DNA of 64,000 bases, from positions 32,001 through 96,000 of the forward strand of contig CAWDML010000012.1 in NCBI GenBank assembly GCA_963803435.1. Reading direction: 5' to 3'. Position 1 is the first letter of the stretch; every line of letters begins with the position of its first letter. The notes under the pieces were generated by a model. The model worked only from the letters and a program-made list of their open reading frames with translations, had not been told where the DNA came from and did no database searches. This stretch comes from an uncultured delta proteobacterium. Lineage in GTDB: Bacteria > Myxococcota > Kuafuiibacteriia > Kuafuiibacteriales > Kuafuiibacteriaceae. A program made the translations under genes and the position numbers. Positions 1-12,401 of this stretch are shown one piece after another.

Positions 1-176
1 AGGGCACCGGCGCCCGCGGGCTCCGGGCCATCCTCGAGAAGGCGATGCTCGACATCATGTACGAGGTCCCGGCGCGGAAGGACATCGTCGAGGTCGTGAT
101 CACCAAGGACACGATCGACAAGAACGAGCCGCCCAAGCTCACCGTCAAAGAGCCGGTCGACCGAACCGGTACCTGA
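1..176 (+). CDS. clpX: ATP-dependent Clp protease ATP-binding subunit ClpX, C-terminal fragment (5' end outside window)
   Basis: Frame from nt 3 reads [38 protein letters not shown]...; TGARGLR is the ClpX sensor-2 region; TGA at 174-176. Confidence 0.92.
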   Translation, partial: GTGARGLRAILEKAMLDIMYEVPARKDIVEVVITKDTIDKNEPPKLTVKEPVDRTGT

Positions 177-1338
177 GCCACCCCAGCCCGAGACCGAACC
201 CGAGGAGCGAGAGCGTCACGAGCCCGTGGCCCGCGCCAGCGTTGCGGCCGCACCCACAGCCCGCCGGGCCTTCGGCGTCCACCGTCGCGGCGCGGGGCGC
301 GCTCAGGTTCCCCGCCCAGTCCTCGGCCGCGAGCGAGACCCGGTGCGTGCCGGGCGCCAGCGGCACCGCCACCTCGTCGTTGGGGAGGGCCGGCGGTCGG
401 GCGATACCGTCGACCTCGATCCGGACGACCTTGAGGCCGCAGCCGCCCGGCGGATCGCCGGTCTCGATCTCGATCCGGGCCGTGACCGCGCCGGTGATCG
501 GGTCGGGCTCCAGCGCCGCCGGTCCGGGCGCCAGCTCGAGCCACGGGGGTCGATCGTCGACCGACGGCCGGGGCGCGGGCCCTGGATCGCGGGCCGGGAC
601 CGGAGCGCCGCCTCCGCAGCCGTCGCGCCAGCCGTCGGACGGCGACTCGGGCGCCGCCGGCCCGCCCGTGCACTCGGGGCCCGGCGACCACGCGCCCGCG
701 ACGTCGTGACACGGCGTCAGATCGAGTCCGGTGGCCGCCTCGATCCACGGCACCGCCCAGTCGACGCGCGCGTAGAAACCGCCGTCACCGCACCGCCCGC
801 CGAAGGAGGTCACGCCGGCGAGCCGCCAGCGCCCGGCCAGGTGGATGAAGAGCGGTCCCCCCGAGTCGCCGCTGCAGGTGTCGACGCCCGCGCCGCCGGC
901 GACCAGCGCGCCGTCCGGGGTCAGGCAGCGCACCGTGGTCCGCGCCCAGCGCTTGGTGCCGCCAGCGTCCTCGAGGTCGCGCCCGAAGCCGACGATCGCG
1001 GCCGGAGTTCCCGGTACCGCCCAACCGATCTCGTCGCCGGCCAGCGGCGGCACCACCAGCGCCGCCGGTTGGGGCGAGGCCAGCAGGCAGAACGCGAGAT
1101 CGTCGGGACCGCGCTCGCACCGCGTGACGCCCACTGTCCACGCTGGCCGATCGGCGTGCTCGCCAAAGGCCACCGCTCGGGGGGAGGGACAGTGAGCGGC
1201 GAAGAGCACGACCGAGGGGTGGATCAGCGTTCCGGTGCAGTCCTGATCCAGCGCCACCACCGAGGGCCAGGCGCACGTCGAGGTCTCTTCACCGCCCACG
1301 ATCGCGAGGACGAGCAGCGTGAGGGCGGGCAGGCTCAC
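145..1338 (-). CDS. Secreted trypsin-like (S1) serine protease with MYXO-CTERM-like sorting tail
   Basis: IVGG mature N-terminus, [14 protein letters not shown]; C-terminal GCGC + hydrophobic helix + basic tail; likely GTG start at 1338. Confidence 0.85.
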   Translation of the reverse strand: MSLPALTLLVLAIVGGEETSTCAWPSVVALDQDCTGTLIHPSVVLFAAHCPSPRAVAFGEHADRPAWTVGVTRCERGPDDLAFCLLASPQPAALVVPPLAGDEIGWAVPGTPAAIVGFGRDLEDAGGTKRWARTTVRCLTPDGALVAGGAGVDTCSGDSGGPLFIHLAGRWRLAGVTSFGGRCGDGGFYARVDWAVPWIEAATGLDLTPCHDVAGAWSPGPECTGGPAAPESPSDGWRDGCGGGAPVPARDPGPAPRPSVDDRPPWLELAPGPAALEPDPITGAVTARIEIETGDPPGGCGLKVVRIEVDGIARPPALPNDEVAVPLAPGTHRVSLAAEDWAGNLSAPRAATVDAEGPAGCGCGRNAGAGHGLVTLSLLGFGLGLGWLRYRFGRPAL

Positions 1339-1349
1339 CTCGCGGGCCG

Positions 1350-2279
1350 CTACAGATCCTCGACCGCGTGGGCGATGTCGAAGCTGTCGTCGCCGCCGGC
1401 CCAATGGATCTCGGTCTTCCAGTCCCAGTCGGTCCCCGTGTAGAAGTGCCAGTCGAACACCATGCCCACCTCGGACGCCGCGAAGTCCTTGAAGGCGGCC
1501 GTCTGGTACTGCCCGCCGGTGTTCTGGCGCCGATAGCTGAACCGCACCTGGGGGCCCATATGGCCGTTGTGGTAGTCGGGCGTGGTGATCGACGGGTGGG
1601 CCTTGTGGCCGGGGTTGCGGGTGTCGGTGGTGTCGATGGCGCAGACCGCCACGTACGAGTAGTAGCGATCGATGTTCGACCAGACCGATCCGGTGTTCCC
1701 ACCCACGCTGTACTCGTAGAAGTAGTACCCGGGCTCCCAGTTCTCCACGTAGTCGACGAAGAAGCTCGAGGTCCTCGGAACCTGGTCGAGCCGGAAGCTG
1801 GGCGTGCCGCGATCGTTGTAGCCGAACGAGTTGACCCAGTTCTGCACGTCGGTGTTGTTGCAGGTCGCGCGTCCCACGGGCGCGAGGCCGAGCAGATCGT
1901 TGGCCCAGCCCTGCACGCCGAAGTCGGCGCTGGGCTTCGCGATCGCGAGCAGACGCTCCGGGACCGGCGTGCCCGGGCTCGAGAACGCGTAGAAGACGTC
2001 CGTCGGGCTGGCGTGCTTCTCGAGCTCGACCATCGAGCTGATTCCGGCGGCGCCCGGCGCTTGCAACTCCAGGACACCGACGGCGCCCGGCTCCACCTCG
2101 AGGAAGTAGAGCGACGAGCCGTTCTCCAGCTCCAGCCGGGCAACCTCGGCGCCGTCGGCGAGGCGGAGCTCACCGTCCTCGAGCCACTCGTCGGCGTTCG
2201 GCTCGAACGTCTCCGGTCCTCCGCAGGCCCAGGGGAGCGAAGCACAGAGGAGCAATGGGGTGATGCTGTTCCATCTCAT
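1350..2279 (-). CDS. Lipoprotein of unknown function
   Basis: Signal peptide MRWNSITPLLLCASLPWAC; aromatic-rich C-terminal domain; coding-like codon bias. Confidence 0.7.
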   Translation of the reverse strand: MRWNSITPLLLCASLPWACGGPETFEPNADEWLEDGELRLADGAEVARLELENGSSLYFLEVEPGAVGVLELQAPGAAGISSMVELEKHASPTDVFYAFSSPGTPVPERLLAIAKPSADFGVQGWANDLLGLAPVGRATCNNTDVQNWVNSFGYNDRGTPSFRLDQVPRTSSFFVDYVENWEPGYYFYEYSVGGNTGSVWSNIDRYYSYVAVCAIDTTDTRNPGHKAHPSITTPDYHNGHMGPQVRFSYRRQNTGGQYQTAAFKDFAASEVGMVFDWHFYTGTDWDWKTEIHWAGGDDSFDIAHAVEDL

Positions 2280-2377
2280 GTGCGGCGCTGGAGCAATGGG
2301 CATACCGCACGGGGCACCCGGCGGACCGAGGAGCTCACACCGTCCAGGACAGTCCGCGGACTCGCCCGGACACAGGC

Positions 2378-2929
2378 TCACGGATTCGAGGACTCGACGT
2401 CCTTCACCTCGGGATTGGTCCCCACCAGATCGCCGTTGTTGTCGGTGGGCGTGATGGTGGGCCCGCCGTCGGTGTGAAAGGCCGCGCCCTCGGGCAGCAG
2501 CGTGGCGGTGTCGGGCCGTTGGTGGAGCGGATGGCTTCGCACCTCGCGGGTCTTCGCCTCGTCGGAGGCGGCGCGCACGGAGCGATGCCGCGGCTCGTCG
2601 ACGGTGTCCTCGTCCACCGGTGTTCGGACCAGCTCACCGGTCGTGTCTTCCACCGGGAGCACCATCGCCTCGGGGAGCACGTAGGGCGAGTCCATCTCGT
2701 CGAGCTCGGTCGGTCGGACCACCTGTCCCGTGCCGACAGTCTTGCGGCGCCCCTCGGCGACCTCGCGGCGCGCCGCGCTCCGCTCGAGCTCGTGCTTGAC
2801 CACGCCGAGGAGCTGGCGGACCTGCTCGGGATCGCCGGTGATCACGACGTCGATCCCCGGCGCCGAGATCTGCACGCGGGCGTCGTTGGTCAGCCCGAGC
2901 ACACGAAGGATGTCGCGCCAAAGACCCAA
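2378..2929 (-). CDS. Hypothetical protein
   Basis: 183-aa ORF directly downstream of kdsC; ordered N-terminal part, acidic low-complexity tail. Confidence 0.65.
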   Translation of the reverse strand: MGLWRDILRVLGLTNDARVQISAPGIDVVITGDPEQVRQLLGVVKHELERSAARREVAEGRRKTVGTGQVVRPTELDEMDSPYVLPEAMVLPVEDTTGELVRTPVDEDTVDEPRHRSVRAASDEAKTREVRSHPLHQRPDTATLLPEGAAFHTDGGPTITPTDNNGDLVGTNPEVKDVESSNP

Positions 2930-2954
2930 GGCGAGCTCTTCCCGGCGGCTGCGA

Positions 2955-3476
2955 TCAGACCCGCCAGGAACCCTTGGCTTTTAGGATACGCTCACACGTC
3001 TCTCGAACGGCACCCTGCCCCCCGCCGGTCCGCAACACCACGTGCGCGGCCGACCTGACTTCGGGCGCAGCGTCCGCGACGGCCAGGCCAAGCCCGGCGC
3101 GCCGGATCAGCGGGAGGTCCGGGAGATCGTCTCCGACATAGGCGACCTCTTCGTCCGTGCACCCGAGCTTCTTGAGCAGCGCGTCGAACGCGGTCACCTT
3201 GTCGTCAATCCCGAGCTCGAGAAACGACACGCCGAGCTCGTTGGCCCGGCGAACCACCACCTCGCTCTCGCGCCCGGAGATCCAGGCGCACTTGCCGCCG
3301 CTGGCGACGAACAGCTGGATCCCGAGGCCGTCGCGGACGTGGAACGTCTTCGACTCACCCCCGCCCGGAAGGTAGGTGATGCGCCCGTCGGTGAGCACAC
3401 CGTCGACGTCCAAGATGAGCGCGCGGACCTTCTGGGCCCGCGCGTCGATGATTGAGGGGTCGGGAGGCATCGACAT
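2955..3476 (-). CDS. kdsC: KDO 8-phosphate phosphatase (HAD family)
   Basis: DVDGVLTDG, FHVRDGLGI, GDDLPDL, GGQGAVRE motifs; lies in kds operon. Confidence 0.95.
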   Translation of the reverse strand: MSMPPDPSIIDARAQKVRALILDVDGVLTDGRITYLPGGGESKTFHVRDGLGIQLFVASGGKCAWISGRESEVVVRRANELGVSFLELGIDDKVTAFDALLKKLGCTDEEVAYVGDDLPDLPLIRRAGLGLAVADAAPEVRSAAHVVLRTGGGQGAVRETCERILKAKGSWRV

Positions 3477-3494
3477 CAGAACGGGTCTCCGAGC

Positions 3495-6630
<3,136 letters not shown>

Positions 6631-6683
6631 TCCGGGAAGCTAATCGTGTGCATGGAGCCTGTCAAAGCCGAATGCGACCGGGG

Positions 6684-7484
6684 CTACCGGCGGATCCGGG
6701 CGGTCACCACCCGGCGCCCACCCTTCCCGGAGAAGGCCTTGCTGCGATCGAAGTCGTCCCAATCGCCGACGGCTTCGAATCCGGCCCCGGCGAGCCAGCG
6801 ATCGAGCTCGCGCGGAAAGATCACCCGCAGGTCGAGCACCGCCCGCCGCTCGGGACCGACCGCCTGCCCTGCGCGATCGAGGCGCTGGTAGTAGAAGTAC
6901 ATGCGGTTGATCTGTGTGCGTGGATCGTACTCGTTGCTCTCGGTGACGATGTAGCGATCACCGGTGTCGGGGTCGATCATCTGCTGGGGATCGTAGCGAC
7001 CGTCCGGATCGCGCGTGAGGAGCTCCGGGAAGGGCGTGTGTAGATCGAAGTGGAAGAGCCCGCCGTCTGCGAGGTGCGCGCGCACGCTCTCGAGAGCGGC
7101 GGCGAGATCGTCGTCCCCGGTCATGTGCATCAGCGTGTTGAAGGCCAGCACCACCGCGGCGAACTCGCGGCCCAGCCGGAGCGAACGCAGGTCGGCCACC
7201 TCGAACGACACCCGCGCCTGCTGGGCTCCAGGGAGCGACAACCGCTTCTCCTGCGCCCGCGCGATCATCGGCGGTGCGGCGTCGATGCCGTGGACGTACG
7301 CGCCGGTCGCCGCCATCGGGAAGCTGAGCCGTCCCGTCCCGCAGGCGAGCTCCAGAATCGCCCCGCTGGTCTCCTCGGCGACACGCGCGTAATACGGCAC
7401 GTCGCCGCGGATGTGGACGTACTCTGCGTCGTACCAGGCGCCGTCGCCATAGTGGTCGTGCGGTTCGAACCGTCCGGCGCTCAC
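6684..7484 (-). CDS. Class I SAM-dependent methyltransferase
   Basis: ILELACGTGR motif I, GID, VADLR. Confidence 0.88.
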   Translation of the reverse strand: MSAGRFEPHDHYGDGAWYDAEYVHIRGDVPYYARVAEETSGAILELACGTGRLSFPMAATGAYVHGIDAAPPMIARAQEKRLSLPGAQQARVSFEVADLRSLRLGREFAAVVLAFNTLMHMTGDDDLAAALESVRAHLADGGLFHFDLHTPFPELLTRDPDGRYDPQQMIDPDTGDRYIVTESNEYDPRTQINRMYFYYQRLDRAGQAVGPERRAVLDLRVIFPRELDRWLAGAGFEAVGDWDDFDRSKAFSGKGGRRVVTARIRR

Positions 7485-7551
7485 CCGCCTTACACCACCT
7501 CACCCGCCCGATTCGGGCAATAGATCGGATAGCATCCAGCCCCGGAGACTC

Positions 7552-10533
7552 ATGCTGAGACTGATCTTCCTCGCCCCCCTCATCGCGCTCTCGGGCTGCG
7601 GTGGCACCGAATGCGGCCCCGGCACGATCGCCCGGGACGGCCGCTGTGTCCCCACCAACGAGACCGTCACCTGCGGCACCGGTACGATGCTGGTCGGTGG
7701 CGAGTGCCGGCCCGACGGGACCCCGGTCGTCTGCGCCAAGGGCACCACGCTCGCGAACGGCGTGTGCGTCCCCTCGGCGGAGGCGTGCGGGATGGGGACC
7801 GTCCTCGACGCGACCGGCGTCTGCGTCTCGGACGGCACCATCGTCTGTGGAGCCGGCACGACCCTGGACGAGACCGGCCAGTGCGTCCCCGATCCGAACA
7901 CGGTCTGTCAGCCCGGGACGCGTTATGACGCGGCCAGCGGCGGATGCGTGGCCGATCTGACCTGCCGTAGGGGCGAGGTCGCGGTGGGCGGCACCTGCCT
8001 GACACCCGAGGAGATCGACGCGTCGATGGCGGACGTGACGGAGTCCGTCCCGGACCGCAACGATCCCGGCCTGGGCGGGACACCCGAGTCCATCCCGACA
8101 CCCGCGATCGGAGACTCGACGATCTTCACCGGCGGCATCATGACGCCCGCCGACCTCGACGGTGACTTCGAGCCCGACCAGGATCGGGACTTCTGGGCGT
8201 TCACGGCGGCGCCCGGCGACACCTTCGAGATCGTCCTGCGCAGCCTAGGCTCGACCGAGCTGGGCTTCGTGATCGCGGGACCGAACGGCTACCGGCGGTT
8301 GTCGCCGCTCTACTTCCAGCCCGAGCCCTCGCGCCGCATCGTGGCGCCCTACGCGGGCACGTACACGATCGCCATCGCCCCGCAGATCGAGATCGAGGGT
8401 GTGACCGACGCCGGTCCGGTCGGCGGCGACGAGTACGGCTACGTGGCGGTGCTCGAGCACGAGGCGTTCCCGGCCGCGAGCGATCTGGCGCTGGGCGGCT
8501 CGGTCTCGGGCCGGCTCCTCGATCTCTCCGACAACCTCCACCGCGTGCGCGCGCCCGCCGGGACGCTGCTGCGGATCGACTTCGGCGCCGTCGGGCGCGA
8601 CGCCCAGCCGGCCGTCCTCACGTTCGACGGGACCGGGGCCTTCCTCGAGGAGCTGACCGCGACGCCGGCCACCGGTCTCGTGCACCACGCTGCGACCGCC
8701 GACGACCTCCTGGTCCTGATGGATTGGACCCGCCTGGTGGGCCCGGGCGACGGCTACTCGATCGCGAGCGTCGAGGTTGTCCCCGACGACGTCGGCGCGA
8801 TCCCGCCCGACGGCACGGTCACCTCGTCGGTGGTCACGGTCGCGTCCGGTGACACCGGCTACGTCATCGCCAGCGTTACGGCCGGACAGATCGTCGAGGT
8901 CGCGATCACCGGCGGTTCGACCCCGCCCGACCTGCGGGTGATCGGGCCCGACGGTGCCGTCGCGAACGCGGCGCTCGACACCCGGGCCACCCGGTTCTAC
9001 GCCGCCATCGGCGGGAGCTACACGCTCGAGCTCGTCAGCAACGACATGTCCTCTTCGGACTTCAGGGCGGCGTTCACCAGCATCACGCCGGTCTCGGTGG
9101 GTCCGCTCGACGCCAGCGCGGCGACCGCGACCGCCGCAACCTGGTTGCCGGACGTGGCGCCGGCCGGGCGGGCGTACTTCGTGGTCGGGGCCTCCGAGCC
9201 GGTGCAGCTCGCCGTGGCGGCCCTCCAGCAGGGCAACGCCAACCTCAGCCTCTCGGTCTACGACGCCCGCTTCGAGGTGCTCCGCGAGGTCCTGCTCGGC
9301 GGCACGGCGCCGATGCTGTCGGCGTTCCTGCCGGCGCCGGGCGTGGTGATCGTGGAGATCGTCGACAGCTCGGCGGTGGTGAGCGCAGTCGGCGTCACGA
9401 TCGACGTCTCGACCGGCGACCTGCCACCGCTGGAGGTGGAGCCGAACGGCACCCAGGGACAGGCGACGCCGCTCTCGCCCGGCTCACCGCTCTTCGGCGA
9501 GATCCGCGAGGGCGACAGCGACTACTTCCGGATCACGCTCCTCACGCCGCTCGGCCCGAACCGCTTGCTCGAGGTGCGCGCGACGGAGACGGACGAGACC
9601 GACGACTATACGTGCCAGCTGCGGACCGGCGGTGGGACCATCCTCGAGGAGCAGACCCCTCGCCACCTCGGGTGCGTGATCTTCGCGGGCGGGCTGGGCG
9701 CCGGCGACTACTACTTCCTGCTCTTGAAGACCTCCCCGGTGCTGCGGGTCTATCAGGTGAGGGCCGCGATCATCCCGGGCGTGCGCGAGCGCGAGCCGAA
9801 CGACACGGCGCCCGGCAACACGATCGCCGATCTGACCGGCGCGATTCCCACCTACGGCGAGACCGCGCTCAACACTGACGTCGACGTCTTCACGTTCGCT
9901 CTCCCCGGACCGCTCGCGGCCGACCAGCTGCTGACGGTGCAGGCGGCGACCGTCGGCACCCGACCCACCGGGACCGTGCAAGCTGTCTTGCAAGGACCGA
10001 CGGGCGTCGACAGCACCTTCGCGGTCGCGCCCGTGGGGACGTCGATCCGGGCTGGTGCGGCCGCAGGTGAGTACCGGATCCGGCTCTCGCGGACCTCGGC
10101 GACCGCCGCGTTCGACGGGCACTACCGCATCACGATCGCCACCTCCTCGGTCTCGGTGACCGAGGCGGAGCCGAACGACACGCCGGCGCAGGCCCAGGCG
10201 CTCGGGCCGCTCCCCGCGACCGCCCTGGGTTCGATCGCCCAGCCCAGCACCGCGGACGACGACTGGTACAGCTTCGTCCTCCCGCAGGACCTCCTGCCGG
10301 ACGAGTCGCTCGAGGTGGCGCTGCACCGGATCGGCGCGCAGCCGAGCGAGACCCTCCGCATGTCGCTGTTCGATGCGGGGCAAGCGTTCCTCGGGTCGAG
10401 CAACGCCGGCGATCCACGCCTGGTCACGCAGCTCGGGCTGGCCGCCGGCACCTACTACGTTCGGGTGGACGGGACCTTCAACACCACGATCGATACGAGC
10501 TATCTTTTGACCGTGGGCGTAACCTCGTTCTGA
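7552..10533 (+). CDS. Large surface lipoprotein with Cys-rich repeats and PPC-like domains
   Basis: Lipobox LSGC; about seven CGxGT...GxC repeats; repeated E-x-EPN(D/G)...D-x-D-(Y/W/V) PPC-type segments. Confidence 0.8.
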   Translation: MLRLIFLAPLIALSGCGGTECGPGTIARDGRCVPTNETVTCGTGTMLVGGECRPDGTPVVCAKGTTLANGVCVPSAEACGMGTVLDATGVCVSDGTIVCGAGTTLDETGQCVPDPNTVCQPGTRYDAASGGCVADLTCRRGEVAVGGTCLTPEEIDASMADVTESVPDRNDPGLGGTPESIPTPAIGDSTIFTGGIMTPADLDGDFEPDQDRDFWAFTAAPGDTFEIVLRSLGSTELGFVIAGPNGYRRLSPLYFQPEPSRRIVAPYAGTYTIAIAPQIEIEGVTDAGPVGGDEYGYVAVLEHEAFPAASDLALGGSVSGRLLDLSDNLHRVRAPAGTLLRIDFGAVGRDAQPAVLTFDGTGAFLEELTATPATGLVHHAATADDLLVLMDWTRLVGPGDGYSIASVEVVPDDVGAIPPDGTVTSSVVTVASGDTGYVIASVTAGQIVEVAITGGSTPPDLRVIGPDGAVANAALDTRATRFYAAIGGSYTLELVSNDMSSSDFRAAFTSITPVSVGPLDASAATATAATWLPDVAPAGRAYFVVGASEPVQLAVAALQQGNANLSLSVYDARFEVLREVLLGGTAPMLSAFLPAPGVVIVEIVDSSAVVSAVGVTIDVSTGDLPPLEVEPNGTQGQATPLSPGSPLFGEIREGDSDYFRITLLTPLGPNRLLEVRATETDETDDYTCQLRTGGGTILEEQTPRHLGCVIFAGGLGAGDYYFLLLKTSPVLRVYQVRAAIIPGVREREPNDTAPGNTIADLTGAIPTYGETALNTDVDVFTFALPGPLAADQLLTVQAATVGTRPTGTVQAVLQGPTGVDSTFAVAPVGTSIRAGAAAGEYRIRLSRTSATAAFDGHYRITIATSSVSVTEAEPNDTPAQAQALGPLPATALGSIAQPSTADDDWYSFVLPQDLLPDESLEVALHRIGAQPSETLRMSLFDAGQAFLGSSNAGDPRLVTQLGLAAGTYYVRVDGTFNTTIDTSYLLTVGVTSF
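7612..8000 (+). repeat. Tandem ~19-21-aa two-cysteine repeats (CGPGT, CGTGT, CAKGT, CGMGT, CGAGT, CQPGT, CRRGE)
   Basis: Visible directly in the translation. Confidence 0.85.
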
Positions 10534-10535
10534 TC

Positions 10536-12401
10536 GTGTGGCGAACCCTCGTCCTCGCCTTCCTCCTGGGAGCCTGTCGTTCATCGATCGTTCAGCCCTT
10601 CACCACCGCACCGATCCCGGCGCCGGTCGGGCTACCCGAGAACGCCGGCCCGGCGCTGATCCTGGAGGCCAAGCGGGAGATCCGCTTCCTCGACGAGCAC
10701 GACCCGCTCGCCGGCTATCGGCGCCGCGAATCCGCTCGGATCCTGGTGACCAGCCGCGAAGGCCTGGGTTGGGGCCGCGTCCGCTTCTTTCTGGGAGATG
10801 AGCAGCGTCTGATCTCGGTCCGGGCCCGGAGCCATCCAGCGACCGGCAACGCCAGGCGCAACCTCTTCGAGATCGAGCCGGACGCGATCGCATATGTCGA
10901 GTACGCCGACAGCGCCTCGGTCCTCTACTCCACGTCGCGCATGGCGATGTTCGATGTTCCCGGCGTCTCGGTCGGCGACGTGATCGAGTACGAGATCGAG
11001 ATCGAGGTCCCGGGCTCGGTCTCGATCCCGCCGTGGATCTTCAACGCCGAGGTACCCGTCGTCGAAAGCACGTTCTCGATCGGCGTCCCCCACGGTTGGA
11101 AGCTCTCGTTCGCGTACGCCGAGTCGGGTCGCTTCACCGATCGACCGCCCGAGGTACGCGAGGAGGCCGGCCGGAAGGAGTGCGTCTGGGTGGCCTCGAA
11201 CCTGCCCGCGATGAGCTCGGGCCCGGACGCCGCTCCCCCGAGCCAGCGGACGCGCGCGATCTGGGTCTCGGTCCAGAACGTGTATCCCGAGTGGCGGAGC
11301 GTCGCCGATTGGTACCAGACGCTGACCAGCGCACTCGACGTGCTGGAACCCGGCGAGGTCCCGGTGCTCGACGACGGCCTGGACGGCGACCCCGGCCGGC
11401 GCTGGTTCCGGTTCGTCCGCGATCGCGTGCGGTACCTCGCCTACTATCGCGAGGGCCTCGACGGCTTCCGGCCTCACGCGGCGCCCATGGTCCTGAAGAG
11501 CGGCTACGGTGACTGCAAGGACATGGCGACGCTGCTGGTCGCGCTCTACCGTCGTGCCGGCCTCGAGGCGTTCACCGCGCTGGTCAGCACGAGCGATGAG
11601 CTGCTGTTCCCCGATCGGATGCCGACGCCGGCCGCCTTCAACCACGCCGTGGTCGCGCTGCCGAGGAAGGACGGCACGTTCCTCTTCGTCGATCCGACCG
11701 ACAAGGATCTGCCGTACGGCAGCGTGCCCTGGCACCTCGCCGGCAAGTACGCGCTGGTCGTCCGTGGAGAGAAGAGCGCGCTGGTCCGGATCTCGGAGAC
11801 TCCGCCCGCCCAGAACCGCCGGCGCGTCGCCTGGGAGCTCGCCGCCTCGGGCGACGCAGCGGAGCTCGAGATCGAGAGCCGCGGCGAGCTGAGCCGCGCC
11901 CTGCGCCGGCAGCTCCGCGCCCGGGGTGAGGCCGGCCTTCCCGAGGTCCTGCAGGACGGCTACCTGTCGGTCTGGTCCGGCGCCACCATCGCGAGCGCCT
12001 CCGCCCAGGCCGAGCCCGATCGCATCGTCGTGCGCGCCCAGGTCCGTGCGCCCGAGACGGCCTGGAGCGGCGGAGACGAGCTGGTCTACCCGCTCGCTCG
12101 CTTCTTCCCCCGGCCGCCCAGCTCGACGGAGGTCCCCAGAGACATCGAGATCGTGGTGAGCATCCCTCGCGCCGCGGGTGCTCGCGTGGTGCACGTGCCG
12201 GAGTCGCTCACCGTCGAGAGCGACGGAGTGCGCGTTCGGATCCAGGCCGAGGTCGAAGAGGAGCGAATCCGCGTCTCGTACCGGATCGAGGTTCGCGCCG
12301 CCAGGGGACGCTGGAAGACCGCGCCCGAGATCGAAGAGGCAGTACGGGCGCTCCACCGCGAGGCGGTGGTCCTGAGCGCCGGCGACGAGGGGCCCGCGTG
12401 A
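10536..12401 (+). CDS. DUF3857/transglutaminase-like lipoprotein, catalytic triad intact
   Basis: Lipobox LGAC; VGDVIEY; GYGDCKD (Cys), FNHAV (His), FVDPT (Asp). Confidence 0.85.
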   Translation: MWRTLVLAFLLGACRSSIVQPFTTAPIPAPVGLPENAGPALILEAKREIRFLDEHDPLAGYRRRESARILVTSREGLGWGRVRFFLGDEQRLISVRARSHPATGNARRNLFEIEPDAIAYVEYADSASVLYSTSRMAMFDVPGVSVGDVIEYEIEIEVPGSVSIPPWIFNAEVPVVESTFSIGVPHGWKLSFAYAESGRFTDRPPEVREEAGRKECVWVASNLPAMSSGPDAAPPSQRTRAIWVSVQNVYPEWRSVADWYQTLTSALDVLEPGEVPVLDDGLDGDPGRRWFRFVRDRVRYLAYYREGLDGFRPHAAPMVLKSGYGDCKDMATLLVALYRRAGLEAFTALVSTSDELLFPDRMPTPAAFNHAVVALPRKDGTFLFVDPTDKDLPYGSVPWHLAGKYALVVRGEKSALVRISETPPAQNRRRVAWELAASGDAAELEIESRGELSRALRRQLRARGEAGLPEVLQDGYLSVWSGATIASASAQAEPDRIVVRAQVRAPETAWSGGDELVYPLARFFPRPPSSTEVPRDIEIVVSIPRAAGARVVHVPESLTVESDGVRVRIQAEVEEERIRVSYRIEVRAARGRWKTAPEIEEAVRALHREAVVLSAGDEGPA

